Shown one piece after another: positions 23,561-35,240 of a stretch of DNA of 64,000 nucleotides (position 1 is the first letter of the stretch; every line of letters begins with the position of its first letter). The position numbers and the translations under genes are program-made. This stretch comes from Bugula neritina (Eukaryota; Animalia; Bryozoa), in contig OZ037768.1 of NCBI GenBank assembly GCA_964035545.1, positions 14,269,675 to 14,333,674 on the forward strand, read 5' to 3'. Under the pieces are notes generated by a model, which saw only the letters and a list, made by a program, of their open reading frames with translations, did no database searches and was not told the DNA's origin.

Positions 23561-24689
23561 TCAATCGTGGGCCGCCCGCTTCATGCGTTTAATAGACTCC
23601 TGTAGATACTTGAGTTCACTGGATGCAGCATGCACACGCGGGGCCAGTCTATACACTTCATGCACTAGTTCGTTTGCCCTAGCTTCTACTTCACGTAAGT
23701 TGCGGGCCAGACGGGACGACGAGAGAAAGTCTGCTGTCTGTGCCTTTTTCGTTCTGAAGACGGAAGTGGAGGAGGGAGTGTATACGCCTTCGTGTCTACC
23801 CTCTGTAGTACGACACGGGGAAGTGTATGCGGTTGGCGTAGAGGACTGTGAGGTGGAGAGTTAGTTGATTTTGTAGGCTTATCCATGATTTCAGAGATGA
23901 TGGGTCGAGGGGAGGGAAAGCCTTGTTCCAGGCGAGACAGCCGAGCTGGGTCGGTGATGAGGGGTCTGATGGCGTTGAGGAATGCGGGATATGATGATTC
24001 GTCTACTTCGTAGACGTGTCCTTGAAAGCACTGCATAGTGTGTTGGTGACGCAGTAGATAATCACGATTGTAACTATATTCTCCGCAGGGGCAGAACGTG
24101 GTGATGTAATGCTGCGGCAAGTGTACTTTCAGCCTGCGGTGGGTTGTAAACCGCTGCTGACATAGGTGACATTCGCGGTTACTGTCACCTCCTCTACGAG
24201 TCTTAATCTCTTTCTCCTTGGCAGGGGTAATCCAGTTAGAGGTTGCTTCCAACTGGGGTGGCAGTTGTCTGGTTGTGGAAGTTGTTGGGGCCGGCTCTGG
24301 GTCCCACGCCATCTCTAGAGAAGGCATGCCCGGAGAGACGGGCGCGAGTGTGTCTACAAAAGTAGAATTATTGTTAGATCGCGGTGGATCTTTACAACAT
24401 AATTCTAGTGACTGTCGACTGTTACTAGCCTGAGAGTCACAACTTTTGGAATGCACTCGAGGAACCAGTGAATCATGTGTGGACTGACCAAGAACAGTGT
24501 CTAGCTCCAGGTCTAACAGACCGTCGGCCATTACAGTGTCCTCATCGTCATTCACATGAAACGTGGTTCCCAGTAATTCTGATTCAATCTGATGAATTAG
24601 TTCAGAATTTACTGGCATCGAGCCCGTTTCCATGAATAGGAATACAAGACTTATACTGGCTTACCTGTGAACTCGGTATTAATGTCCAT
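23561..24689 (-). CDS. Spliced accessory ORF3 of element C: zinc finger + basic patch + coiled coil (frameshift near 23720)
   Basis: Exon 1 24689-24665 (MDINTEFT+G); intron 24664-24354 (GTAAGC...CTAAC...TTTTGTAG); exon 2 in frame; CHLCQQRFTTHRRLKVHLPQH, FCPCG...RHQHTMQC; tail LREVEARANELVHEVYRLAPRVHAASSELKYLQESIKRMKR. Confidence 0.78.
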
Positions 24690-27600
24690 ACTCAACGTTC
24701 TTGGTAAGATTGGAGCTGGTTGTGAGATACGTCTGCCTTTGGCGATGTCAGCGTAAGAAAGGGCTGAGCATCGTTTCTGAGGCACGAGGTCGGAACTATT
24801 TGCTTTACGCGCATTAATTCCTCCCACTATTCCGCCCTCGCAAAAGTTGATATTTGCGTGGGGTTCACAACTCCAACATTTTATCGTACGGTTTTCCCCT
24901 AGACTTTCATGCCTGCCGCTTTTAATGCAGTCACATACGAAGTCTTTTAAATATGGTGGGGGTTTCCTCGTACGTTGTCCCCGTTCTAGGGGGGGCGACA
25001 CGCTTTCTGGTTTATTAGTAGGGGCCTCTAGTGGCGTCTCTACTTCACCGTTAGCGGTCACTTCTTCTTGTTCTCCGGATGGAGCCCCTCCCTCCGTGGG
25101 GGTTTGCACTTCCGGAACCGGCTCGGTTTCTGGAAGTGGTGGAGTTAGACTTGGCGGCGGCGGGCATGCTTCTGTTGGTAGAAGCTGTCTTTCTTCTCTC
25201 ACCAAGTTTTCTTCCCGCGGTATGACCACTTCATATTCAGGTCCATAGCGCCGTCGCCCGCGCGTTGTCTGCCTCCTGGGCTCCAACAACGGGGGGCTTC
25301 TCCTACTGCGTCGGGGCTAGCCCAATACGGCTTCAAGCGAGACTCATTCTGGATAGACACCTGTCCTGAGCGCTCAATTTTGTACGTATGGTTGGGCATA
25401 GCCTCGACGATCACGTAGGGTCCCACGAACTTAGGCTTTAATTTGTCAGCCTGCCCGCGACGCCTACGGTAATTGACCATCCACACCTTATCTCCGGTTT
25501 GATAGAGAGGTGGTTCCTCGGAATCTTCGTGCCGCACCTTCCACTGCTGTTCGCGCAGTATATCGTGTGCGGCCTTCATCCGTTCCACTAGTTCACTGGC
25601 ATACTCGTGAACCGAGTTGTCTTGCTCTGGAACGTGGTAGGTAAGATGGTCAGGGACACGAGTCTCTCTCCCAAGCATCAAGAGGTTTGGGGTCTCACCA
25701 GTACTGGTGTGTGGGGTGCTACGGTATGCACGCATGACTTGCGGCAACACCGTATCCCATTCCTCTTGGCTGCGTCCAAGGAGGAGACTCCGGAGCGCAT
25801 CACCTAACATCCGGTTGTTGCGCTCCACCACCCCATTACCTTGTGGGTGATAAGGGGTGGTCCTGCTCTGATTTACTCCCCAGAGGTGGCAAAGGTCGCT
25901 CATCAGTTGAGACTGGAATTGAGCGCCTTGATCAGAGTGTATCTGCTCGGGGAGCCCGAAATAACAAAATACGTGTTGGTCTAGCACCCTGGCCACTGTC
26001 GGGGCTGACGCATCTGGGATGGCCAGAGCATCCGCCCACCTAGTAAAGTGGTCGGTTAATACTAATATCCAACTATTGCCTCTGGGGGTCAGGGGCATGG
26101 GTCCGACCAGGTCTACAGCGACTACTTGCCAGGGCCTTCCAGCATATAGCCTCCGCCGTCCCGCTTCGCCAGGGGGACGGCTATGCTTACTGGCCTGGCA
26201 GATCTCACACTGTTTGACTCTGAGTCGGACGTCACGCTCCATTTGTGGCCAATACCACCGGAGTCGTAATTTGGAGATCACTCTCTTGACCCCTGCGTGG
26301 GCCTGTTTGTGAGCATCCCAAATCAACTCATGGCGGATGGCCGTGGGGCAGACTACCCTCTTCCTCTCTGGGTGTCTGCCGTTGGCGGCTAGAGAGATGG
26401 TTAGTAAACCATCCTGCCCGATCCGCAGCGAGTCCCAACGCTGACAGTATAGCCGGAACTTGGCGCATCCCTGTCTTATGCGTTCCTCGCTGGGTCGTCG
26501 CCCTTCCTTTTTGGCCCGATATATGTCTGCCACGACTCCAGGCAGCTCTCCTTGGAGCTTCTTCAGCTGTCGGACATTATCGGCCAGTACAGGGTTGGCG
26601 CGGAGGTTTTGTACAACCTCCGGGAACTCGTCAACCTCCTGTCTGAGTTGACCTTGGTCCCAGTCAAACGGTGCTCCGTGATGAGCCAGCGTCTCCAACT
26701 CGCATCGCGGGGGACCTCCATCCCTCCTCTCGATGTTGAGACACTGTTTGCAACCTCCATCAGGTCGGCGGCTCAAACCATCCGCATTGCTGTGTCTCTT
26801 GCCCGGTCGGTGTTCGATCCGATATGAGAATTCAGCTAGGATTTCGAGCCACCGGGCGACCTGACTAGAGGGCTCTGCTCTCTTGCACAACCAAATCAGC
26901 GAGGCGTGATCCGTACGCAGCCGGAACTTCCTGCCGTACAAGTATGGTCTGAAGTGCTTCACTGACTTGATTACTGCCAGCAACTCTTTGCGGGTAGTGC
27001 AGTAATTTCGTTCAGCGGGTGAGAGAGACTTGCTGTAGTAGGCTACTACTACCTCTCGGCCTTCCTGCACTTGTGACAGCACAGCGCCAACATTTTGGTC
27101 ACTGGCGTCAGTGTCGAGGATGTACTCCAGAGTGGGGTCTGGGTAGGCCAAGATGGGCGCCGTTAGTAGGCAGCCCTTGAGGCGGTCGAACGCTCCTTGT
27201 TCGACTGGGGTCCACTGCCACGTCACTCCCTTTGCGGTGAGCCGGTTTAACGGCTGTGCTATGCCCGCAAAGTCTGGTATGTATTGCCTGTAATACCCTA
27301 CCAGCCCCAAGAAAGCCCGGAGTCCGGTCAAGTCTTGGGGGGTGACCCAGTCTTCTATTGCCCGTACCTTCTCGGGATCCGTTGCCACGCCGTTTCGACC
27401 GACAACGTGCCCCAGGTACTTAACCTCTGGCTGCAATAGAGCGCACTTGGAAGGTTTGAGCTTAAGACCGGCACCTCGGAGTCTCTCAAAGACCTCCTGC
27501 AGACGACTGACATGCGTCTCGAAGTCTGGGGAGATCACGATGACATCATCGAGGTAGACCAGCAGTGTCTTCCAATGGAGCCCGCTAAGGACTTGCTCCA

Positions 27601-28921
27601 TCAGCCTCTGGAAGGTGGCCGGGGCGGAGGTTAACCCGAAGGGTAGCACCTTCCACTTCCACAACCCGTCCCGTGTGATAAACGCCGCTTTCTCCTGGGC
27701 GTCGGGACTCAGAGGGACTTGCCAATAGCCGCTCAGCAGGTCTAACGTACTGAAGTACTTGCTGCCGGCTAGGGCGTCCAATGACTCGTCAATACGAGGT
27801 AGAGGGTAGGCGTCCTGTATGGTTACGTTGTTGAGTTTGCGGTAATCCACACAGAACCGCCAACTGCCGTCTTTCTTCCGGACCAGTACGACCGGTGAGC
27901 TCCACGCGCTATGGGCGGGCTCTATGAGGCCGCGGTCCAGAAGATCCCGTACTTGTCGGCTAACCTCCTTCTCTTTCTCCGGCCCCAGCCTGCGTGTGGG
28001 CTGCCGGACAGGGACTGTCCCTGCAGTCAGCGGTATTTCGTGTCTGACAACTCCAGTCAGCCCCACGTCATGATCTCCGCTACTGAAAACATTACCGTAG
28101 TCGCGTAGCAACTTCGCCATAGCTTGGCGTTCCTTGTTGCTCGCGCAGCCGCCACAGGCTGTTTCATATAACTCCCGGAGATGTGTTGGGACTGCCCCTC
28201 GCCCCTGAATAGGGTGTCGAGGGGGTGCCTCCGTCGCGTCACCCAGCGACGGGCCCACGTCCTCTTCCTGGACGGAGTGGAACCGGCCCAGCATTGACCC
28301 AGCTGGGAGCTCAATGGGCTCGGTAAAGGGGTTGACACACTGCACTAAGACCTCCCCTCGCTCAGTTAGTCGGTTTAAACTACTGGCGAGTTGGATCCTT
28401 TCGTGCGCGCCTTCAACGACCCCGAGCCTGGCTATCCGGTTGCTGTTCACTCGGCAGTGGATAGTAGCTCTGGAGCGTCCGGGCACGGTGCAGTTTCGAA
28501 CTACCTGAACACCGCCCGCCAGAGGACGCCCAAACTTATCCACACAGGCGAGTTCTCGCCCGCCCATCAGCACCACCGACTTGCTAAAATCTATTCGGCA
28601 CTGGTGTTGCTTCAAGAAGGGCATTCCGAGGATAGCATCTTCCTCCAGTTGGCTTATGACAAAGGTCTCCTGTACAGCCTGGTCTCGGACACGCCCAGGG
28701 AGCTCGATAATACCGTAAAAGGGAATACATGACCCGTCTGCCAGGGTGCCATGTTCCCCCGTATACGGTCGTACTCTATCCCTGTCCCGGCGGGGCAGTG
28801 CCTCAAAGACTCTACGACTGAGAAGGTTGGTAGTACAACCAGAGTCGAGCAGGAAAGTGACGGCGTTGCCGGCCACCTTTCCGGGTAGGAAATAGCTCTC
28901 TCCATGTGGTTGTATTTTCAC
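24651..28921 (-). CDS. pol: Pol polyprotein of element C (PR-RT-RH-IN with GPY/F module)
   Basis: ORF 28921-25199 with LLDSG, YLDD, DASD, HHCC, VDLVGP/HSDQG/VERNNR and KFVGPY. One C missing in a homopolymer near 25293 shifts the tail into ORF 25289-24651. The gag-pol linker also appears to carry indels. Confidence 0.95.
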
Positions 28922-29194
28922 CCCCCCGCATGTGCTGTCCTAGATTGGTAGGACGGCGAGGGTTTCACCCGTGGTTTACGGGGTTTCCGGCGGCGAGGTT
29001 GGTGCCGGCGGGGTTTGGGGCTCTCCACTGAGCCTTCTGGCTCCATTTCAGTGGCGGGCTCCTCTTCCCGAGGTAACCGGTGGAACCGGTTGGCGAGTGG
29101 CAGGGAGAAGGTACTCGGCCGTTGTGCGGGCCTACTAGTCCTGCGTGGTACCTGCCACTCGGGGGAGTGTTCCGTCGTGTCCCACCATACTCCT

Positions 29195-30620
29195 TCAGTT
29201 GCGGCCCGCGGGGAGGGAGAGCGTCCGCGGGCCGTGACAGTTTAACGCCCCCTGGTATTGGGGTCGTCCTTGCTGTCTATGGTCTTGACCAGCACTACTC
29301 CAGCCTGGCCCCACAGGTGTTGGGGGCAACCGCAGGGCCTGACCGGGGCCAGCGCCGGCCAGAATTGTTACCAGCTGTCCCAGCATCTCTACCATACGGT
29401 CCACTTCGGCTTCCAGCGGGGGGGCTTCGGGGCCTGTTGTAGCCCTGGCAGCGCTGACTCCAACTACTGGTGGGTTCCGTTGTGCTCGATGCATTTGGGT
29501 AGCCAACAGGTAAGCTTCTCCAGCCTTTAGGGCATCCTCTATCCTGGTTATCCCTTTTGCTCGGAGCTGATGGTGTAGGCCCAGGTCGTTGAGTGTCACA
29601 AAACTGTTGGTAGCAGTGTGACGAGTTCGAAAAGTCTGGTAGTCAGAAGTGTATAGACAAGTAGCATACAGCTTGCTAATCCAGTTGTGAGTAAATAGAG
29701 TTGTGAATATAAGTAGACTTTATTTCTCTATAGTAAGATATGCACAGATGGATTTATAAAAATGAACTCCGAGAATGAACTTATAAAAAGGAACTGATTC
29801 GTAAACCCAACTGCCTCAGTATTTATAGTAAACAAAACACTCTAGAACATTCTCAAGCATTCCAGTATAGAAGATTCTAGTAGAAAACATTCCTCACATG
29901 CCAATACTATTTATAGAAAATCAAAACAAAACAAAACATCGGAATTTCCATGGTTATTTCGCAATTATTGCGCAATACCTTGTTTACATTGCTGGGCAGT
30001 AGTTAACATGACTAACGAAAACAGTAACAATGAACAATGACCCATCTCTTTGATTAGTCTAGAATATTTATGAACATTCCTGTATAATCATTAGGAAAAA
30101 CCCGGTAAGTCTATTTATAGGTATATGTCCACTCAGAATTTGTGACATTGAGTGACTGGACAAAGGCGTCGTATGTGTAACGCTCTTGGTGTTGTGCGGG
30201 CAGATCGCCGTACGCAATCTGTGCCAGCTTCTTCACCATCGCGGCATGTTCTTGCAGCGAGGTCCGCGGGGCGCGGCACAACCTCTGTAGCTTGGTCCTA
30301 GCATCTATTGCGGAGATGCCAAAACGGGCCCGCAGCGCAGCCAGTATTCCGTTTACGTCCGTTCCCACTTCGTACGGCTTTGCTTGCTCCGTCAACGCCC
30401 TCCGCAATTGGATAAGGGCCACTCTATGCGGCCATTGAGCAATCTCCATTACTTCTCTAAATTCTTGTATAAACTGTTCGACATCTTCTGACCCAGTAAA
30501 GGTGGGAGCTTTCAAGCAATATCTATAAGCTTCTTCTCCCTCACGATTCACAGGATTAACATCATTTCTACGCTCACCTTCTACTGGGGGTGGTTGCATT
30601 CTAGCATTTTCAGTCTCCAT
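29195..30620 (-). pseudogene. gag: Gag of element C, interrupted by a solo LTR
   Basis: ORFs 30620-30111 and 29599-29195 join as FVQSLN-DLGLHHQ once the insertion is removed; homologous to Gag of element B. Confidence 0.9.
29594..30147 (-). mobile_element. Solo LTR (554 bp) nested in gag of element C
   Basis: TGTCACAAA...TTTGTGACA termini; 5-bp TSD TTGAG (29589-29593, 30148-30152); TATAAATA (~29824) and AATAAA (~29721) on the minus strand. Confidence 0.88.
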
Positions 30621-30634
30621 CTTTGATGTGCACT

Positions 30635-30652
30635 ATCCCACCGCTGCCACCA
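30635..30652 (-). promoter_or_regulatory. Primer binding site, tRNA-Leu
   Basis: Identical 18-mer to the PBS of element B, 1 nt from the LTR. Confidence 0.92.
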
Positions 30653-30653
30653 C

Positions 30654-30958
30654 TGTTATGTTTTCCAGAATTAGGGTAGATGTGCAACCAAGAGAGTCTG
30701 CTTACTACTAGAGAGACTTCACCGTGATAAGTCGAGTAGATGTTGTTATATTTCGATACAAGAATACATAATAATAAAGTTATACAACAGTTAAAAATAC
30801 ACGCATCTATTTAGTTTACTACACTATCTTCAACTGGGCTAGTAGCGCGAAGCTACTACTATTACTCATGAGCAGCCTAGCTAATTGGTTAATACATTGT
30901 TCCGGGTCAATACGCAACCTTGCGTATTGTGTTGCTGGTAGCTCCACGAGCCACCACA
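30654..30958 (-). repeat. 5' LTR of element C (305 bp)
   Basis: TGTGGT...ATAACA on the minus strand; repeat of 22991-23292. Confidence 0.96.
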
Positions 30959-31032
30959 ATATGTTTGTATACTTTCATTTAATATTTACTGCTCCACCAA
31001 CTCACCTGTGTGTGGAGTATAAGGGTTATGTT

Positions 31033-32801
31033 CAGGGATGTAGTGGCAAAAATATTCTAGGCCACACTCTCAGGTCGGGGGGGGGGGGTCCAGGGGGCTG
31101 CCCTAGCCCCCTGGAGCTTCTGATGCAAATTTATGCAATTTAAAGCCATTGTGAATTATAATTCTTCTGAAAAAAATCTGTGTTGAAATGTGCACCTCGC
31201 TATTATTTTCATACCATACCAGCTACATGACGACTGGGCATTGCTGCAAACTATATAAATATTCAGTATTGTCCCATACCTGTTGACTGTAATTTTAAAT
31301 GTAGTCTTACTCAACTGCAGTTAGGTTTGTTTTGACACTACTAAGTCCAACCTGTACAGAAAAATTGCTGAAGATCTCAAAAAGATGGAAGGATAGAGTC
31401 AAGTAACAAGTGCTCTCCAAATGCAACCAGATTACTTTAAATAACTAATACACTGCCGTGCATAGAAAAAGAATAATATATCAGATCGAACAGAAGAAGA
31501 TTGCAAATCAGAAATTGTGTGTTGGTTATTTATAAAGAGCAATTTGAATTGATAACTCATTATGGCAAGCAGATGTTGGTTGAAAACCTATTTGGAGTTT
31601 ATTAGAGTACTAGTCTAATCCATAAGGAGATACCACCACACCTCCTTTCACACAATAAAGCACACCCAAGAAGAGTATTTTAACTTGGTTTTAAAATAAA
31701 ACTCCTGAGTTTCCACTAGACACATCAAGGAAATATACCCCAAAAGAACAAATTTGACAGGTTTAATATGTGTTAACCTAGAAGATGATTAAATGTAAAG
31801 CCAGACGTTAGTACAATCGAACATAACAGGTTACTTATGGTGGTGTACAGTTTGCAAAACCTCATGCAATAACGCTGCTAGGTTTTTGACCAAAATATGG
31901 ATATAGTACCTGTAGACCTCAGTGATCAATTTTCATTAACCTCTCCTACACACCTGGTACTGTTTCCTGAAGACATTTTGATTTTATTTCTGGATTTCAT
32001 GTTGGTTTTTTTCCAAATTCCATTGCTTATTGACAAAATGCAAGTCCACACAAGATAGATAAGAGCAACCTTCTAGCTGTCACTGCCTTGCTGAAGCCAC
32101 ATTATTGGTATATTATAAGAATTCAGTCCTGCCAAATAAAACCTCACTTAATTGTGCTAGAATTAAAATTTAAAAACCATGTTTTAGATCTTCCTGTTCC
32201 TCAGAGCACCTACTTTTCCGAGTTTCCAATATTTTTTTTGCAAAGTTATAGACAAAAATCTACCTATTTTTGGCCAATTTTACCTGAAAAGTTTATTTTT
32301 CAATCCCTGCCAAATATCTCAGCAGGAAAGCATGGTATTCAAATAGAACAAACACTGTTGGAAACCTGAGAAATTTATGCATAGCAAATTTTTTTATCTT
32401 TTCAATAGCCTTCATAGATTTTCTACAAATTAGTGATTTATACACTGAAAATGAAATATTTTTTCCTTAGTAATCACCAATGCACAGCACTTCGCGCTTC
32501 AGTGAACACGTAAAGATGAGAGGATGGAATGTTGATAGCTGCTTATTATTCATAGTGTAATCTTAGGCTAAACAATTACAAGTAGGCAACACGCATGCCA
32601 TCCACATAGCAATAACATAACAAGAACTTACACTAGATTGTGTGCGAAATTTACGATATTCTCAGTGAGGATGCCCTAACTATCCTGTGCACTAATTATC
32701 TTTCAAAAAACATATGCCCATACGGGCGTATGGCCTGGAACAGTCTAATTTCTTCTAGGCCATATGGCGTATGGGACCGTATGGGTACCACTACATCCCT
32801 G
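31033..32801. mobile_element. Non-autonomous hAT DNA transposon (1769 bp)
   Basis: 14-bp TIR CAGGGATGTAGTGG; perfect 8-bp TSD GTTATGTT; subterminal CCATAC/GTATGG repeats; no intact transposase. Confidence 0.88.
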
Positions 32802-33710
32802 GTTATGTTAGTGTAAAGATTGATCAAAGCACATTTTATTCTAATATTAACATTTATATTTTTTATAGCGTAGCCTTTACATATATGTAAATTGTAATAG
32901 GGGTAACGGGGGGGGGGGGGGGGGGGGGGAGGAGGAGGGCACAACGGGCTGAATTTTTAATTCTTTGCTCTCATTCGTCTGTTTTTCAAGTTACTAGTTC
33001 AATAATCTCTAGTCTAAATGCTACACCAGTTGTCTATTATAGGTAGGTATCAGTTGGCTGTTTCTATCTCTTTCACAACTTTCAAAATAAGGAAATTTTC
33101 ATGATGAAAAAAATAGCCCAATGTGCCCGGTACTGGAGTAAAATTGGCCACTGGGTGGGACACAACAAATATATTGAAAATTTGCTGATTTGGTTGCATC
33201 TGATTTTTATTTATTTAATATTACAAATAAATAAAAATATTATTTCAGATCTACAGCAAAAATCATGTTTTAGCTGTACAGTTTGTGCCACCACAGATAG
33301 CAGGGGGAAGCAAAATCAAATGCACATCACTCATTTCTACAGTTCCACTATCATTAGGAGTAACGGGGGCACACCGGTCATGGCGGTACAAAAAGCCGGT
33401 CAAATTATGAGAGAACTTATTGACTTAGAGTTGGGATTTTTTTACTAAAAAGGTATTGACATAATTATTCAGCCATTGTAGTTTAAACACTTGCGAAGCA
33501 TACATGTTGAAGAGACGAGTCAAAAACTGTTTTTACCTACTTTTTGTACATTTTTCAAGATGTCATTAAAGCTTTATAACTTTTTACACTCGAAGGTAAC
33601 AAGCCTATATTTTACTGATATTGTTTCCATTGCTTGTCTCTACACTGCTCAACTAGTATAACAGCAAACTCTAAATTAAATTTTCTTTGATCCTCATTTA
33701 TTTTCAACTT

Positions 33711-33783
33711 GGCCACCCGGGGCACAATGGGCCACCCTGACCGGGGTACAATGGGCCACCCTGACCGGGGTACAATGAGCCAC
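33711..33783. repeat. 24-bp tandem repeat x~3 (possible transposon subterminal repeat)
   Basis: CCGGGGTACAATGGGCCACCCTGA units. Confidence 0.75.
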
Positions 33784-34209
33784 TTGATCATTGCACCCTG
33801 ATCACTGTTTTTAGTTTGTTTGCCCAAAAAGTTAGTTGGAATGTTAATAAAATCTATAGATATAGCCATTTCTGACCTTTTTGTAAAATATCAAAGACAT
33901 CATGGTAAGACTATCAAACTACAAGGTGAAGCTCCCCTAATATGTACATCTGGTGAGTTATAGCTTTCCCATTTCATTCATCATACAAAACACTCTGCTG
34001 TTGCTACTAGTGAATAGTCATGATATTCATTATACATTATATCATTGAGGGAATATACATGTATTTGACTAAAATAAATTGTGATTTGCTCATTTCCTCC
34101 CCCCCCCCCCCTTCGTAGTAAATACATTATAATAAGTAATACTTGTAATTGATCAACTAAACCTATCACTGAACTAGAAATAACTTCCATTGAAGCATAT
34201 TGCCTAAAT

Positions 34210-34450
34210 CAGGGGTTGGCAACTGGGGACCCAGGGCCACCTGTGACCCTTTGCCAATTTTTGATGGCCCTTTAAAGTTTAAATGCTCAAGATAAGTGAA
34301 ACCTGTTATATGCATTTTAATCAACACAGTATACGATTGGTAACAATTTACTTTATTATAACAAAATTTAATATGTGTACAATTATGTGGCCCCTCGTTT
34401 TGTCTAACTTCTGAACCTGGACCTAATGCAAAGGAAGTTGCCCACACCTG
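34210..34450. mobile_element. hAT (Charlie/Buster-like) MITE
   Basis: CAGGGGTTGGCAACT...AGTTGCCCACACCTG termini; diverged TA-centred 8-bp flanks GCCTAAAT / ACCTAGAC. Confidence 0.65.
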
Positions 34451-34879
34451 ACCTAGACCTAAACCATGTACATTATACAACAATGAACTGTTATTATTTT
34501 TAGATGTATAACCAATGAACTCAATAATATTCTTTTCCAGCTCAGTGTGTATAACAGGGCGGCAAGCATAAATCACTAAAATACTACCTTTATGTGGTGT
34601 GGGTCAAATAAATTTAAGCTAGACTTGGGACTTTGGATACAGCGGAAGAACTTTCTCCAATTTTCGCTTTTTCACTACACAATGAAAATTGCGAGCTAAA
34701 ACTCTAGGGCCTAGATAATAAATTAAAATTGGAAATCTGAAGATCAACTCGATCAATTCGGAGTATTTGGTTTGGTTTATGCCTTAGAGTTTTGGTGCAG
34801 GGAGTTATTAAACACGCAAGATAGTTTTATTCGTAAGTATAGCATCACTCTTACTCCTAGTATAAATTGATAATCGTTC

Positions 34880-35240
34880 TAATTCTATTAGTATTACTAT
34901 TAGTATTAGTATTAGTATTAGTATTACTATTAGTATTACTGTATTACTATAGTATTAGTAATACTAATAGTAGTATTACTATTAGTATTACTATTACTAC
35001 TATTAGTATTTATATTAGTATTAGGCCTAGTACTACTAGAGTCTAGACACTCACACTAGTACTAGTAGTGCTAGTAGTACTACTACTAATAGTAGTACTA
35101 GTAGTACTACTAGTACTACGAGTAGTACTAGTATTAGTAATACTAGTACTACTCGTAGCTCACTACGAATACTAGTGCTGTTTCAGTTTGTAATAGTAGT
35201 AGTATTACTACTAGTACTACTAGTACTACTAGTACTAGTA
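34880..35240. repeat. Low-complexity (TATTAG/TAG/TAC)n tract
   Basis: Dense ACTAGT, AGTACT and TATTAG words. Confidence 0.85.

Larger units (their letters stand above)
22991..30958 (-). mobile_element. Ty3/Gypsy element C: young, full-length
   Basis: LTRs 30654-30958 and 22991-23292 (one substitution; the latter lacks 3 terminal nt); TSD ATAT; PBS; PPT; gag; 1240-aa pol ORF; ORF3. Confidence 0.96.

Noticed and set aside
24830-24850. AACTTTTGCGAGGGCGGA motif (similar in A and B) as a relic PPT marking capture of ORF3
   Set aside because: Equally explained as conserved coding sequence (NFCEGG) of the Pol tail; no LTR remnant recognisable next to it.
25607-29530. Many plus-strand ORFs opposite pol/gag of element C (and minus-strand ORFs opposite A and B)
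   Set aside because: Shadow ORFs of GC-rich coding sequence; similarity between elements is explained by sense-strand constraint.
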